Shown here: in pieces, positions 1 through 11,037 of the stretch
Numbering within the stretch: position 1 is the stretch's first letter
Layout: each line of letters opens with the position of its first letter
Source: Spirogloea muscicola
Taxonomy: Eukaryota
DNA length: 20,000 bases
Direction: 5' to 3'
Assembly: GCA_009602725.1 (NCBI GenBank)
Contig: WELB01000010.1
Coordinates: 1,129,520-1,149,519 of the forward strand
The notes under the pieces: generated by a model
The model's database searches: none
The model's input: only the letters and a program-made list of their open reading frames with translations
Told to the model about the DNA's origin: nothing
Program-made: the position numbers and the translations under genes

Positions 1-180
1 AGGCACCAGTTCAGATAGGCTGAGTCATGGATTAATATCCTCCTGACATGTGTGTGTGCTCACTAATTATTTATCAACAAGGTGAGACTGCTCCAGAAAA
101 GGTAGCAGGTAGCTATGCCTCTAACGCTTCCCTGCAATGCAAGTGAAGAACTCGCGCTCAAGGTCGTGATTACAATGCAG

Positions 181-3100
181 AGGTGGGCGCTTGAGGGATC
201 CAGCGTCTATACTCTTCGCTGTGGAAGTGGGCCGCTCGCTGCACAACCTGACGGGGCAAATTGAGGGCAAGGACGAACGCCGGCAGGTTGCGCAGCTGCT
301 CTGCTCCTTGATACACCAGGTTTGGTGCTGCTTAACGCCATGGTATCTTGCCCTTAATGTTTCAATTAAGCAGCCACGCAAGTTGGCTCCCTGAAGCTTT
401 GACGGGCTCCTCAGAAACCGATGCTTTGATCATTCACCTGGGGTGATGCTCCGCTTGCAAGGAAGGATATTAGGAGCATCTTGCACATGACCATGCTCCC
501 TGCATCTGGTAATCTAAAAGACATCGCATGTAATACTGCGGTGCTCTTTGCAGGTTGACCATGGTAATGACCTGGATTCCCACCTGGACTTCCTGGTGGA
601 CTGCCGGGCCTCGTTCTACCAATTTGACTCCGTACTTGTATGATTGACAGTCACCCTCGCTGATGTATGTGTTGGTCCAATCTCAAACCAAGAAGGGGGT
701 CATGCGAGCAGTCTATGATCTTCATCGGACGGCCTGAGAGAAGCTCGTCTTTCTGAATTCCTGATAGGAGACCAAACATATCAAATGCTCACACTGAGTA
801 TAGCAAAGTTGCTCTGGCACCCATTGGCTGACATGGCATGACATATGTTTATAGCATGTTATGTTGTTTACCACTGTCAGGAACAACTTGTCCAGGCTGC
901 CAACACTCTAGCAATGACGGAATTGATATTGGTCAAAGGGGCCCACAATGACCAGTTGAGAGATTTTGCCAAAGCTTGCATCGCTTTCAGCCACATCACC
1001 ATCCCCTCCATCCACTTGCTGCTGCCAAGGCTTCACTTGTATCTCCAGTCTGCAGAGGTATGAGCAGAAGGACTCCAGGTGGTGAGGCAACAATTTCAGT
1101 GATTAGTATCAAGACTTGACATTGCTATATCAACACATGCCATACAAGCAGACTTGATGGCTCCAGGTCCGTTTGATCATTTAATAAGTATATGTCTGCT
1201 CTTCTTCATCAAGTGGATAGCAGAGGATTGAGAGCACCTTGTTGGTCAATGTCACAGCCTGTGGAGGCTGTGAGGTTTGGCCCTTCTGATAGTAGATCTG
1301 CCATTCACCTTGCCCTCTCGCAGGTGGCGCATGCAAATGGCCTGCAGTCGCACACCACAGCTCTTCTAGCATTCGTCCTCGCATCCCTGCAGGAAGCCTC
1401 GGAGGGTGAGGATTGCAATCCTTCTTGCTTGGCTACTCAACTACTCAGCAATCAGCTATTCGAACTCACAGTAATATTGTTTTCAGGTAGACCTTCTAGT
1501 ATCCAAGCAAATGAAAATATAATGGCAATGAGGTCAGGTACATACAATATATCATGATGTGTGCAAGAAATACCTCCCTGCTCCACGTTCATAATCATTT
1601 TTATTTGTGTACCCTTTCCAAGCACTTTATATGAGATACCAGTACCAAAGATGACATTTTCATTATGGACATCTTCGTAAGTTGTACCTCACATAAAGTT
1701 CTTGGCAAGGATACGATCACGATGATTATGAACATGGAGGCAGGGAGGTATGTCTTGCACACTTCATGTTGTTTTGTATGTACCCGACCTTGTTGCAGAT
1801 CTCTTTCTCTATTGCTCGGATACTAAAAAGGTCTACCTGACAAGTAACATGGTGGTTTCTCTGCCACCGTCTTTTGGAAGCTCTTGAATGCCTCCCTTGC
1901 AGTCATATGGCGTGGGCCTGCTGCTGCCGCTGAGCATAGAAGTGCATACTTCCTTGACGCACAGCTTCAGAGTTATGAGAACATATAGATGTATTTCAAA
2001 ATCCAAGCTTTCTGCTATCATGTGCTGTTCTGGTGCCCTCAGACTTGCAGCAGATGCTCATACTTGAGTTATTCAGTTTACAGTATGATCGTGGTGTACT
2101 TGCGCAGATTCAGGGATGGAGATGGGCTATAGCTCTTTCCTGAAGAAGCTCATGTCCTTCATCGTACTCGTCAGAGGTATGGCAGAGCCACTGTCTGAGT
2201 AACGCGCTCTGTCCAAGGCAACCCCTGTTTCATGTCAAATGTTTGCTTGTAGTTGTGCCCATCAGAGCTGCCAATTCTGCACCTCAAATACCAAGTCAAC
2301 TCAGTGAAAGGTTGCAGAGCATCTATATGCATGAACTGTAAAGTTGCAGTAATATCAATCAAAGCACATAATCCTATCAAAGCATTCTGCTAATCACTGG
2401 TCTCCTGGTGGAATTTCTCAGACACGCCTGACCTGGAGCCCCACCACTTTCCCAAGTCGCTGCTCGTGGCCATTCAGGCCTTTCCCTGGTACTGATAGCC
2501 GCTAGCTCCTCAACATGTTGCACATCCTTGCCACTTCACATCCCCTCCACATAGCAGTGGTTGAAATGCTCTTTCCTGTTCCACGAGATGTTACTAAGTC
2601 ATGAGTTGCCCATGAGCTTTCTTCCGCCTCCTCATGAAGTAGGAAATCGGTATGCACAGCACAAGGGAGACATGGATGGCAATCTGGAAGGTGCGCATTG
2701 TGACCATAATGAAGCTGGTCATATGCAGGGCTCCTGGTGGCCTTGGAAGCATCTCCGTGTTGTGCTCCTGCCTTGCGATGGTCGCGGCAAAGTACCGAGC
2801 GGCAGAAAGGAAGGACGCTGAGGTAAGTCAGATTTGCTGCAGCACTCATAGACAATGTACTTGAAGTCCCATGGATTTGCCAAGTTGCTCTTCTTTGCAT
2901 CATACATGCCATCCTCCTGGTCCTGTATTTAGTACGCTAGCGATGCTTCGGATGCAGTAGGCAAGGTCGAATTGTTTGGTCAACTCCTGCATACTTCTTG
3001 AGATACAAGTGTGCTCGCCTGCTGAGGCTCAGTACCATGCTGAATTTTTATGATCTGGTCTTTCTTATATCAATTTTATCAATAACCAGATTGTAAAAAT

Positions 3101-3869
3101 ACATTTACAACCAAAGGTGTCATATCTAGATTGTCTTTAGTTTATGACTTCGCCTGATTTCCTGCACATGTTCTCATCAGTACCTTGCTGGATTGGAGGA
3201 GCTTGCCACCTTGACAGTGGAGCAGCTCTTGGCGGGCCTCCAGGCAGCGCCGCCTGCGGTCAGTTCACGTTCCTTGTCATGACAGATTAGTCCTATGCGG
3301 CTGGCTGATTGACACTCATGTGAGGATCAGGTCCTCCGTCTCCTTAAGCTACCTTCAACGATAATCCCATGTCAACAACAGCCTTACGCTGTGGTCATTT
3401 GTGCAGCCGCTGCGGGCCCGCAAAGCACTTGAGACCTGCCACGCTCTGCTGGCTGCGCTTGAGGTGTGCCTGCCTCTAGCAAGTAGCCCCACAGGCTGCT
3501 CAACAAATTTCTGACGTTGGATGATACGCCGTTAACATATGAGGGGCCAGGCAGCGCGCACGAAGCTTAGCATCACCCGATTTGTGAAGCAGATCTTCGC
3601 TAGCATTCACAGCTGGTAGCCTTGCCAGCAACTCTTAGCCCTCGTGTCGGCTTGATGTCGCGAAGTCCTGTATCTAGGCTTAGCGTTAGCCTGTTGTTAC
3701 CCAGTGGCCTGTCTTTGTTGTGCAGGCCGAAGACGAGGTGCAGGAGGCATGCTCGGCCCTGCTCCGCGCCGCAGCCAAGTTGCTGCCAAGGACCGACTCG
3801 TACTTTGCCTACATTGAGGCTACTTGCCGCAAGTACTTTGCCAATTCCGCTGACGTGCGAGCCCCATAA
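181..3869 (+). CDS. VPS35L: 3' portion of a VPS35 endosomal sorting factor-like (C16orf62; Retriever complex) gene; 5' exons lie upstream of the window
   Basis: GT-AG exons that join in consistent phase: 181-319, 554-637, 881-1057, 1324-1405, 2108-2176, 2422-2488, 2729-2822, 3181-3258, 3407-3463, 3726-3869 (TAA). The spliced peptide ..LRDPASILFAVEVGRSLH..ERRQVAQLLCSLIHQ/VDHGNDLDSHLDFLVDCRASF../EQLVQAANTLAM..FAKACIAFSHITIPSI..RLHLYLQSAE/VAHANGLQS..LRARKALETCHALL..EACSALLRAAAKLL..* is collinear with the remembered C-terminal part of C16orf62/VPS35L (e.g. VRACVAYCFITIPSL..RLNLYLHSGQVALAN). Confidence 0.88.
1483..1840. repeat. ~360-bp imperfect fold-back (MITE-like long hairpin) inside a VPS35L intron
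   Basis: Left arm tcaggtagacctt..ggtacatacaa..gtgtgcaaga.atacctccctgc..gttcataatcat..ccaagcactttatatgag..aagatg pairs with right arm catctt..ctcacataaagttcttgg..atgattatgaac..gcagggaggtat.tcttgcacac..ttgtatgtacc..aaggtctacctga, leaving only a short central loop near 1655-1670. Confidence 0.85.
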
Positions 3870-4357
3870 TCCCACTCTCTTCCACTAGTCTATTTAGTTG
3901 TAGTGCCTAACATCTAGCACAGCAGTGGGGTTTCACGGCGATCCACTAGCCTGCCATGGCTAATCTAGTTCCTCATACTAGAGATGGAGGTTAGCATCGC
4001 AGCCCAGCGATGCCCTCCAGAGCACTTTCACAGCACCATGGACAGCAGTGGTAGACAGGAAGAGCGATACATGCAGAGCAGGCACCAACAAGGATGTCAT
4101 GAGGGACTCTCAATACTGAGCTGTACAGTAGGTATAGACATTTAATACCATGGCCTCTCCTGGCCTTTTGAGGCACACAGCAAGGCCTTTGAGGAATCTC
4201 ATGTCGTCTGACCTAGGGAGTGACATGCAGATGTCAAGCTGAGCAGCACGAGCATATCAGCCAGCAAGCGCGAGACTGGCAAGCTGTAAGACTCTCAAGG
4301 GCTGTTCCGCCTTTTGCATCGGTGCCATGTCCAAGGCCTGAAAGGAAGAAAAGCGCT

Positions 4358-4490
4358 CTGTCATGCCATATCATGGACAACTGAAGCATAATGGACAATG
4401 ACTACCACCTACGCAAGCATGACTGTCATGCCACATTGTGGACTACTGAAGCATAATGGACAATGATTACCACCTATGCAAGCATGACTG
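4358..4490. repeat. Tandem duplication, two copies of a 65-bp unit
   Basis: ctgtcatgcca..ctgaagcataatggacaatgaYtaccacctaYgcaagcatga starts at 4358 and again at 4423, with a few substitutions. Confidence 0.9.
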
Positions 4491-7350
4491 ATCGTGCAAT
4501 ACTAGCTGCATTTTCATAGTAGCTAAGCACTACGTAAGGGTGCCCGGCCCTCAATCTGCGCACCTTGCTGAGGGCATCAAGGAGAATGGGGCCCTGGCCC
4601 CCATTCTTGAGCGGCTCACAAGATGATCCTCCCAGGTTGTAGGTGACTCGCTGAAACAGTCTCCCCATGCTACTCTTGCCACCCACCCTCAATGCCCCTG
4701 CTTGGTCAGGCCTGCCACCGCTTCTCGCTTGAGCCATGCCTCCTTCTCCACAGCAACCTCCGGAGTGTTTTGCCTCTATCTCTGCTCTGTCTGCTGGCTC
4801 TTGTTCTTGACTTGGGCAGCCTGGAGTGGGGCTTTCTGCAATCGAAGGCACAGTTGATGGGGCTGCCAGCAGAGATGTGGTCTGTACAAATATGGCCTTT
4901 AAGATTTCTCCGCTACTTCCTCCTACTTCCCTCATGGAGTGGCTGTACATGACATTGGTCCTGGCACAAGATGTCCTATCAAAGTCACAGCAGTCAGTAC
5001 TACTACCTGCTTTACATACTTTTTCTGTCAGATCGCCAACTGGGCCAGGAAGTGGCTGGCACACAGTGTGAACCCTCACTCTTGCGCATCCTGCCTGCGG
5101 ACTATGTATCCTACATGTGTCTGCGGGAGTTGAAGGATGACTTCTTCTGCTATGGTCTGTACAAGCCCCTTCTGATTCTGCAGCTTGGGCCTTGCTAATA
5201 CTTGCAAATCCATGTGAAGGTGAATAAGCTGAATGCCTGCAAAAATGTCCCTGCTTCAGTGACATGCACCGTCGCCTCGAATTGCTCCGAGATCGAGGTC
5301 TCCCAGTTGCAAGAATCAAGCCATCCGCAACAGGAAGATATACTGCCTTCAAAATCTGGGCTCGGGTGACTGGAGTGTGCAGGCTTATGGTCTTGGACTT
5401 CTCCTCCTCATATTTGCATACGTCAGTCAGTGCCTTCAGAGGCTGGCAGTCTCCAGCATCGGCAACTTCCGCTTTATCTACACCCACGACTGAAGAACCT
5501 GGGACCACCACAGGCTCCACGGCAGCAATTTGATACAATACGACATCCTCTTCAAAGATTGACCACAACTCCAGTGCTGTCCTCTGCATACGAGCTCAGA
5601 AGTATCAGTGTGTGTCAGTGTGTGTCTGAGCTACATATGAAGATGTCCTAGTGGAAATTGGAAATGGCCAGTCAAACATATAAGCTCATCAGCTGACAGT
5701 AGGGAGCAAACAGATTCTTCACATTCAATGACAGAAATCAATGATCACTTTGGGTAGTGCTTGGCAGTACTGTATGTTCATACTTGGAGGTCACTGTCTG
5801 CTCTGGCGCACAGTGCTGCATTGCGGAACACTGAGCGGACATCGTCTGCGAAGATCACAGGATGTGTATACTCTCCACAGCTCAGACGTGCCTGGGCAGT
5901 AAAGTTGAATGTCAGCACTTGTTGACATTGACTATTCACTCTTACTGATGAAATAACAGGTCATATGAAGTACAACTTAAAATGCTCTTTGACTGCACAG
6001 ACTGAATTGTGTATATTAAGTTGCATGCTTACCTGTATGCTGCTCAGATCCGAAGGCGTCTTGACCAGTTTCCTGTAGCTGTCAACAGCATCAGGAGGCC
6101 ACTCGCACTTGGAAACAGGGTGGTTGAATTGCTTGCCCAGTCTGAACAGATAGATAGACCAAGACTTCCAAAGAAATAAATGCACAAAAGACACAGTCAT
6201 GTACTGCACATCCAGAGGAAGGTGCTGCCAAACGATATCCAGGCTTCTATCTATTCTCGGCGTAATGAGGTGAAAAGGTAACACGCCAACAAAAGCAGAC
6301 TGGAATTGCATCAAGTGACAAACATACTTGTGACGGTCAGAATAAGAGATACATCAGTAACAAAATAGGCCTGGCAGAGGTGTGTACCGGTGGTTTCGCA
6401 GCCGAAGAAGTACAATGGTGCATGCAGACATGTCCTTTGGTGAAGCAGTCCCCAATCGCTGGCCACCTCTGGTGTTGCGCGTTCTTCTCACGTTAGTCAT
6501 CAGAGCAAGATCCTGGATATAATCACATGAGAGCCTTCTTCTCAGATATGTCATCAAAGCAAGCTCCTGAAAAGTCTCACATTTGAAAGTAGTGAACAGC
6601 TCCTTCATTACTTGCATTGCACGATAGTTATTTTGCACTTCACAACCCCTGTACAAGATGGACATAAATGTCTTCTTAGCCTGCCCTGCCCCACATGCTT
6701 TTTGTTGAGTAGCACCATTCGCTCGGGCAATCAATGTATTGCTACAAATTCTCTTACCTGTTCAATCTCGTGAGGATGAAGGGGCACTACGAAGAATGGG
6801 CGTTTATATGGGAGCCTACGGCCTGCAATGTAATGCACTGAACTTGGCAAAGAAGCCGCTGGTATGGTACTCTTCACTTCAGCAGCTGCTGCATTTCGAC
6901 GCTTCCTGGGAGAGTAGCAGCAAAAGCCAGCAATTAGAGCCTGGACAAGTGGACTCCCTGAATAATTTGGCGTAGACTTAGAGCTCTTCGAAGTACTTCC
7001 ATCTATCCCGAAGCACAAGAGACGCTTCATATCGTGTGTCTTCTTCACCGCTTGTCTAATTGCTGATACAAAGAGATGTAGACCGTCATTAGTAGGGTAC
7101 AGTGTTCTTTTCATTGCCTTCATCCTCAAGAGGAGTAACAAGCAAACAGTCACATCAATGACCTTGCCATTGAGATTTACAGAGAAATTGTTTTGCTTCC
7201 AGACCCCATGCAGACAGTCATCCATTATAGAACATCATTGACCTTGTAAAGTTCTGAACGATCTCAAAACAGGTTAGCACCATTGGTCAGGGCTTACCTC
7301 GTGGAGCTAAGCTGCCCATGTCTTGACTGGGGGACTCGCATCCTTGACAT
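4474..7350 (-). CDS. Multi-exon gene encoding an atypical bromodomain protein with a long low-complexity C-terminus (5' and 3' ends uncertain)
   Basis: Phase-compatible exons on -: 7350-7298, 7124-6758 (weak GAG acceptor), 6566 or 6512-6388, 6141-6033, 5891-5784, 5583-4474 (or an earlier donor). Spliced peptide MSACTIVLLRLRNHR/LGKQFNHPVSKCEWPPDAVDSYRKLVKTPSDLSSIQ/ARLSCGEYTHPVIFADDVRSVFRNAALCARADSDLQ/RTALELWSIFEE follows the bromodomain pattern (F..PV, Y..I+..PMDL..I..+L....Y.....F..DV...F.NA). Confidence 0.82.
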
Positions 7351-8339
7351 CTAGATGCAAGTCCTGTGTCAACTGAGAATCATTTCCTGCTGACGATGAA
7401 GTGGCATGAGCATCTCTGCCACATTCGGCAACTGATCCATGTCAGAGGCAATTTTTGTATTTGTACTGTCAAATCTTATCTTGAATGTCGTCATGGCTGC
7501 CAAGCTTGCCTTGACCAGCGCACAACTGGAAGCACCAGACAAACACACCATGCAAAAGTTTCCAGGAAGAAGTGCACCTGATATATCTATTAATAGATAC
7601 CAAGGAATGTTGCCTGTGGCAACCAATACAGTGAAACCTAACAACCGTCACCAACATTCTAAATGATGGGAGGATTGACCAGACAGATTACTCACCACAG
7701 CACTAGTCCAATTACTCAAATCACAGTGCTTCTCCGAGTAACAATATGTACAGGCCAAACATCATCCTCGGAATCATGCAGGTCACATGACCTGCCTCTG
7801 CCACCTCCACGGCCAGATTCACAACGTGCACGCCGACCAGAGCTGACAGCAGAAGGTAGCAAGCGCCACTGCTGGCCCAGTCCTGTAACTGGTCGTCTCT
7901 TCCCTTCGTTTCAAGTGAAAGGCGACCAGCCCCGCGACAGGCGAAATGTGCCTTTTGATGGCGACGAGCTGACTGGCCAAATGGTGCACCAGAATGTCAC
8001 TCTCTCAGCGTTGACGAGGCTCCTGCAAGGACGCCTACAAATCCATCGAGCGAAATTGTGGACGCGGTCCCAGAGGCCGCTATCGGAGCCCGCAAGCACG
8101 GCCCTCGACCGGGCGAGAAGTTATTGGCGCACTCCCATCACAGAGCCCGCCAAAGGCCTCAGAGGCGCCTTGCTTCCGGGCTGGGCACACCGGCCGCTAC
8201 AGCAAGCCGTCTGCGCCGCCCGCTCGCCCTGCCGGCGCCGCCGCAACCGTCGCGCCGGCGCTGTGGAGCCTCTTGCTCCAGCTTAGTCTGGCTATTCAAG
8301 TTCTGGGAAAGAAGGGTTACGGAGGGAAAGGGGAGGGGG

Positions 8340-8612
8340 CTTTTGGGCACTTTGCTGTCATTGGGCTGGCCTCTCACAGACCCTGTCCATTCTTTCCGGG
8401 CTGGCCTCTCCCGTTCTTTCCGGGCTCGAATTGCTGTCATTGCTCGAATTGGCCTCCCTTTCATTTTCATGCGTACCCCGCGCCTTCTTCCCAGCCTTTC
8501 AGTGGTCACTTCCCACAGAAACAGCTCTTCAAATGGAAGGCAATGGCTGTATCTTGCTTTCGAGAGAGAAGCAGCTGATTTTAAACGGGGGCGAGGGCTG
8601 TGATAAGCTCTT
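8340..8612. repeat. Degenerate fragments related to the short retroposed element family
   Basis: gggctggcctctcacagacc (8362) and gggctggcctctccc (8398); attggcctccctttcatt(t)tcatgcg (8448) is shared with 10081; an inverted 3'-end fragment agaagcagc..gggggcgagggctgtga lies at ~8565-8603. Confidence 0.6.
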
Positions 8613-9155
8613 CAAACCTGGTATACAGAGTTATAGAAAGCAGAGGGGGACCATGGGAGTCGAAATAAGTGCTGCGATTGTGAGAAATTACTCTTTCATA
8701 TGAGAGCAAAAGCGGCCCGCAATGCGCACGCCTTTCAACATGCGCGATGTGCAGTCGAAAGGCAGGACACTTGTCAAGAAAAGGTTTCGTGTATTTGTCA
8801 GGAGGCGGGAGACTGGGTCCTTGACTGTCCCTACTCAATTTTCCGTGGGTCAATTGTCAGGCAGGGTGCCAGAGTCGCCTCGCTTAAGCTAGGGACGAGG
8901 GCTCCGATGTCATGATTTAGTTGCGCGGGCTGGGCGGGTGGGGGAACGGGGGAAGAAGTGACAGGTGTGTAGGGGCGCGGAAGCAGCGGGTGGAAGTGCT
9001 CGAATGGTGGAGGCCGCCGTTGCGCGGATGTCGGGGGGCCCAAGCAGCCGGCGCGGCTGCTCGGCCCATGCGCCCAGGCGATTCTCCCGCCCGCATCGCT
9101 CGGCGCCGCGGGGACGGCTGCGGTGGAGTCGAGAAGCCCAATGGAGTGGAGCAGC

Positions 9156-9375
9156 CCCTATCCTCGATGGGCGAGCCCTTTTACCGGCAGCTAGTCTGTC
9201 GGATGTGAGGCTCCTCACTCGTAACTACTAAGTGGTCCATCCTCCCCCGTTCTGCCATAGCCTCTTCAGGCCCCGCAGTCGCTGCTTAGCTCGTAGTTTG
9301 GCCCCTTCGAACCTTGTCAATTCTTTTCGGGCTGGCTTCTCACAGCCCTTGCCCTCATTGGCAGAGCCACTTCTT
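9156..9375 (+). mobile_element. Short retroposed element (SINE-like or LINE 3' fragment), copy 1
   Basis: Near-identical to 13216-13412 and similar to the reverse complement of 9755-10006. Flanked by a perfect 18-bp direct repeat ccaatggagtggagcagc (9138-9155 and 9376-9393); ends in ..gagccacttctt(c). Confidence 0.85.
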
Positions 9376-9754
9376 CCAATGGAGTGGAGCAGCATGGGCC
9401 GTGGGCGGGTGCGCCCCCTCGCCCGGCAACTCCCCCACCCCCCCCGGCGGGCTCCCCATCCCGGCGCGCGCCGAGACCCCCACTGCCGTGCCGACGGGTG
9501 GCTGCTTGGCACCTGGAGCGGGAAAAGGGCAATCTGTAATGTCGTCCGCCTATTGGAGATGGGATCAACGCACGCTGGGGAACGCCAAAGCGACGGCGGT
9601 CCCTCCCGCCCAACCGACCGACCGACTGTCGTTGCAGAGTGCCGTGACAGGACGAGGCATGTCTGTCCCGCTGGCGCCGCTGGCGCTGAGGCCGCCGGCT
9701 CACTCGCGCCGCCTCCCAGCTCTCGCACGTTCCTTAAGAGACACCTTAGCATAG

Positions 9755-10006
9755 AAAGAAGGGGCACTCCCAATGGGGGCAAGGGCTGTGAAAGGCCAGC
9801 CCGAAAAGTATTGACAAAGGTTCGAAGGGGGCCAAACTATGGAGGGGCCTAAAAAGCGCTAAGCAGCTACGAAAGGAGAGGCTATGTCAGAACGGGGGAG
9901 GATGGACCACTCAGTAATTACGAGTGAGGAGCGTCGGATTTGGAGCCTCAAATCCGACAGACTAGCTGCCGGGAAATCATCCCCCGATAAGCACAGGGCA
10001 CCCCCA
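9755..10006 (-). mobile_element. Short retroposed element, copy 2 (more diverged, inverted)
   Basis: Reverse complement aligns with copies 1 and 3 (ccggcagctagtctgtcgga..gtggtccatcctccccc..ttcgaacc..cgggctggc..tcacagcccttgccccc). Flanked by a 9-bp direct repeat ttagcatag (9746-9754 and 10007-10015). Confidence 0.8.
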
Positions 10007-10074
10007 TTAGCATAGGGCTCCGCTTTATGTAGCCTTGTTTTCTTTTCACTAGATTCTGCCTGAACAATGTGTTG

Positions 10075-10240
10075 GCTTGGATTGGCCTCCCTTTCATTTC
10101 ATGCGCTCCGCGCGCCTTCTCTCTTCTTCGAACTTTGTTCATTCTTCTTTCTGGGCTGGCCTCTCACAGAGCCACTCCTCACAGCCACCGCCCTCTCCCG
10201 GAAGCGTCCTCCTTTTTGGGCTGGCCTCTCACAGCCATCG
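10075..10240 (+). repeat. Related fragments of the same repeat family carrying two gggctggcctctcacag motifs
   Basis: cttcgaactttgttcattcttctttctgggctggcctctcacagagccac aligns with the 3' part of copies 1 and 3. A second motif is at 10218; the upstream 40 bp match 8448-8490. Confidence 0.65.
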
Positions 10241-11037
10241 CCTGATGAGCTGGAAGAGCATTCTTTCTGGTTATTCTCTTGTGGGTCAGCCGATACCGCC
10301 ACCTCATTCTTGGTGAAACTTCAGCACGTGTGACTTCAGCCCGCCAGATTTCGACCCTTCGAACCCGTGGTTTTGACCCGTGGTTATTGAGCGGGTCCAT
10401 CTGCTGTAGGTTATGTAGGTCTATAGATGTGCTTGCCTTTGTACTTGGCCATTTGGCCTTCGTTTGTTTCAACTACACGAACTTTCTTCGGACCTTGTCC
10501 ATGTCAATCAAGCAGGCTTTTCAAAGCCCTCGCTCCCTTACAGTGAGCTCACTTCACTCAAACTGTACCGGAGTCAAGAAAGACAAGAGCAAGTAATGTC
10601 ACCCTCCACCTCCTGCTTGCGCTGCTGGCTCTCAAGCTAGCTCTTATTCATTCTTCTCTTCCCAGTCTCTAGCCATTCATCAGCATGCTGGGCGCGCACT
10701 AAGCCAGGCCACTGGCTCTGCGGGGTGGTGCTCCGGCGCCCCATTTAAGGCAGGCAATTGTATGTGCTCATTGGTGGGTACACCACTTTTGGCTCGTGAA
10801 GACTTCGAGTGTACCGTAAAGGAATGGAGTGTGTATTAAGTGATGGAGGGCCTGAGAGGCCAAGTACGAAGGCAAGCACATTTGAAGATGAGATGTACAT
10901 GACCTGCTGCGTAGCTGACCCGTTCAGTAACCCAAGTCAGTACATAGAGGCGGCTAATTGATGCCCGAATACCGGACGGCACATGACAAGCTCTTGTGCC
11001 ATCAATCACGGCTCGACCGGCTTTCCCCCTGCATACC

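Noticed and set aside
7663..9852. Many overlapping 100-200 aa ORFs on both strands
   Set aside because: Expected by chance in very GC-rich DNA; several run through repeat insertions and none shows a recognisable domain.
9156..10006. Copies 1 and 2 as terminal inverted repeats of one ~850-bp MITE
   Set aside because: Each copy has its own separate TSD, the copies differ substantially, and a third solo copy exists; independent retro-insertions explain this better.
10242..10320. ctgatga..gaaa as a hammerhead ribozyme core
   Set aside because: The gct/agc stem after ctgatga is not followed by GAAA, and no stems I/III with a cleavage triplet could be built.
10345..10400. ggttcgaa on - (also in the short elements) as a tRNA or Pol III B box
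   Set aside because: It lacks the closing NCC, has no A box at a suitable spacing and no cloverleaf; only a short acccgtggtt duplication is present.
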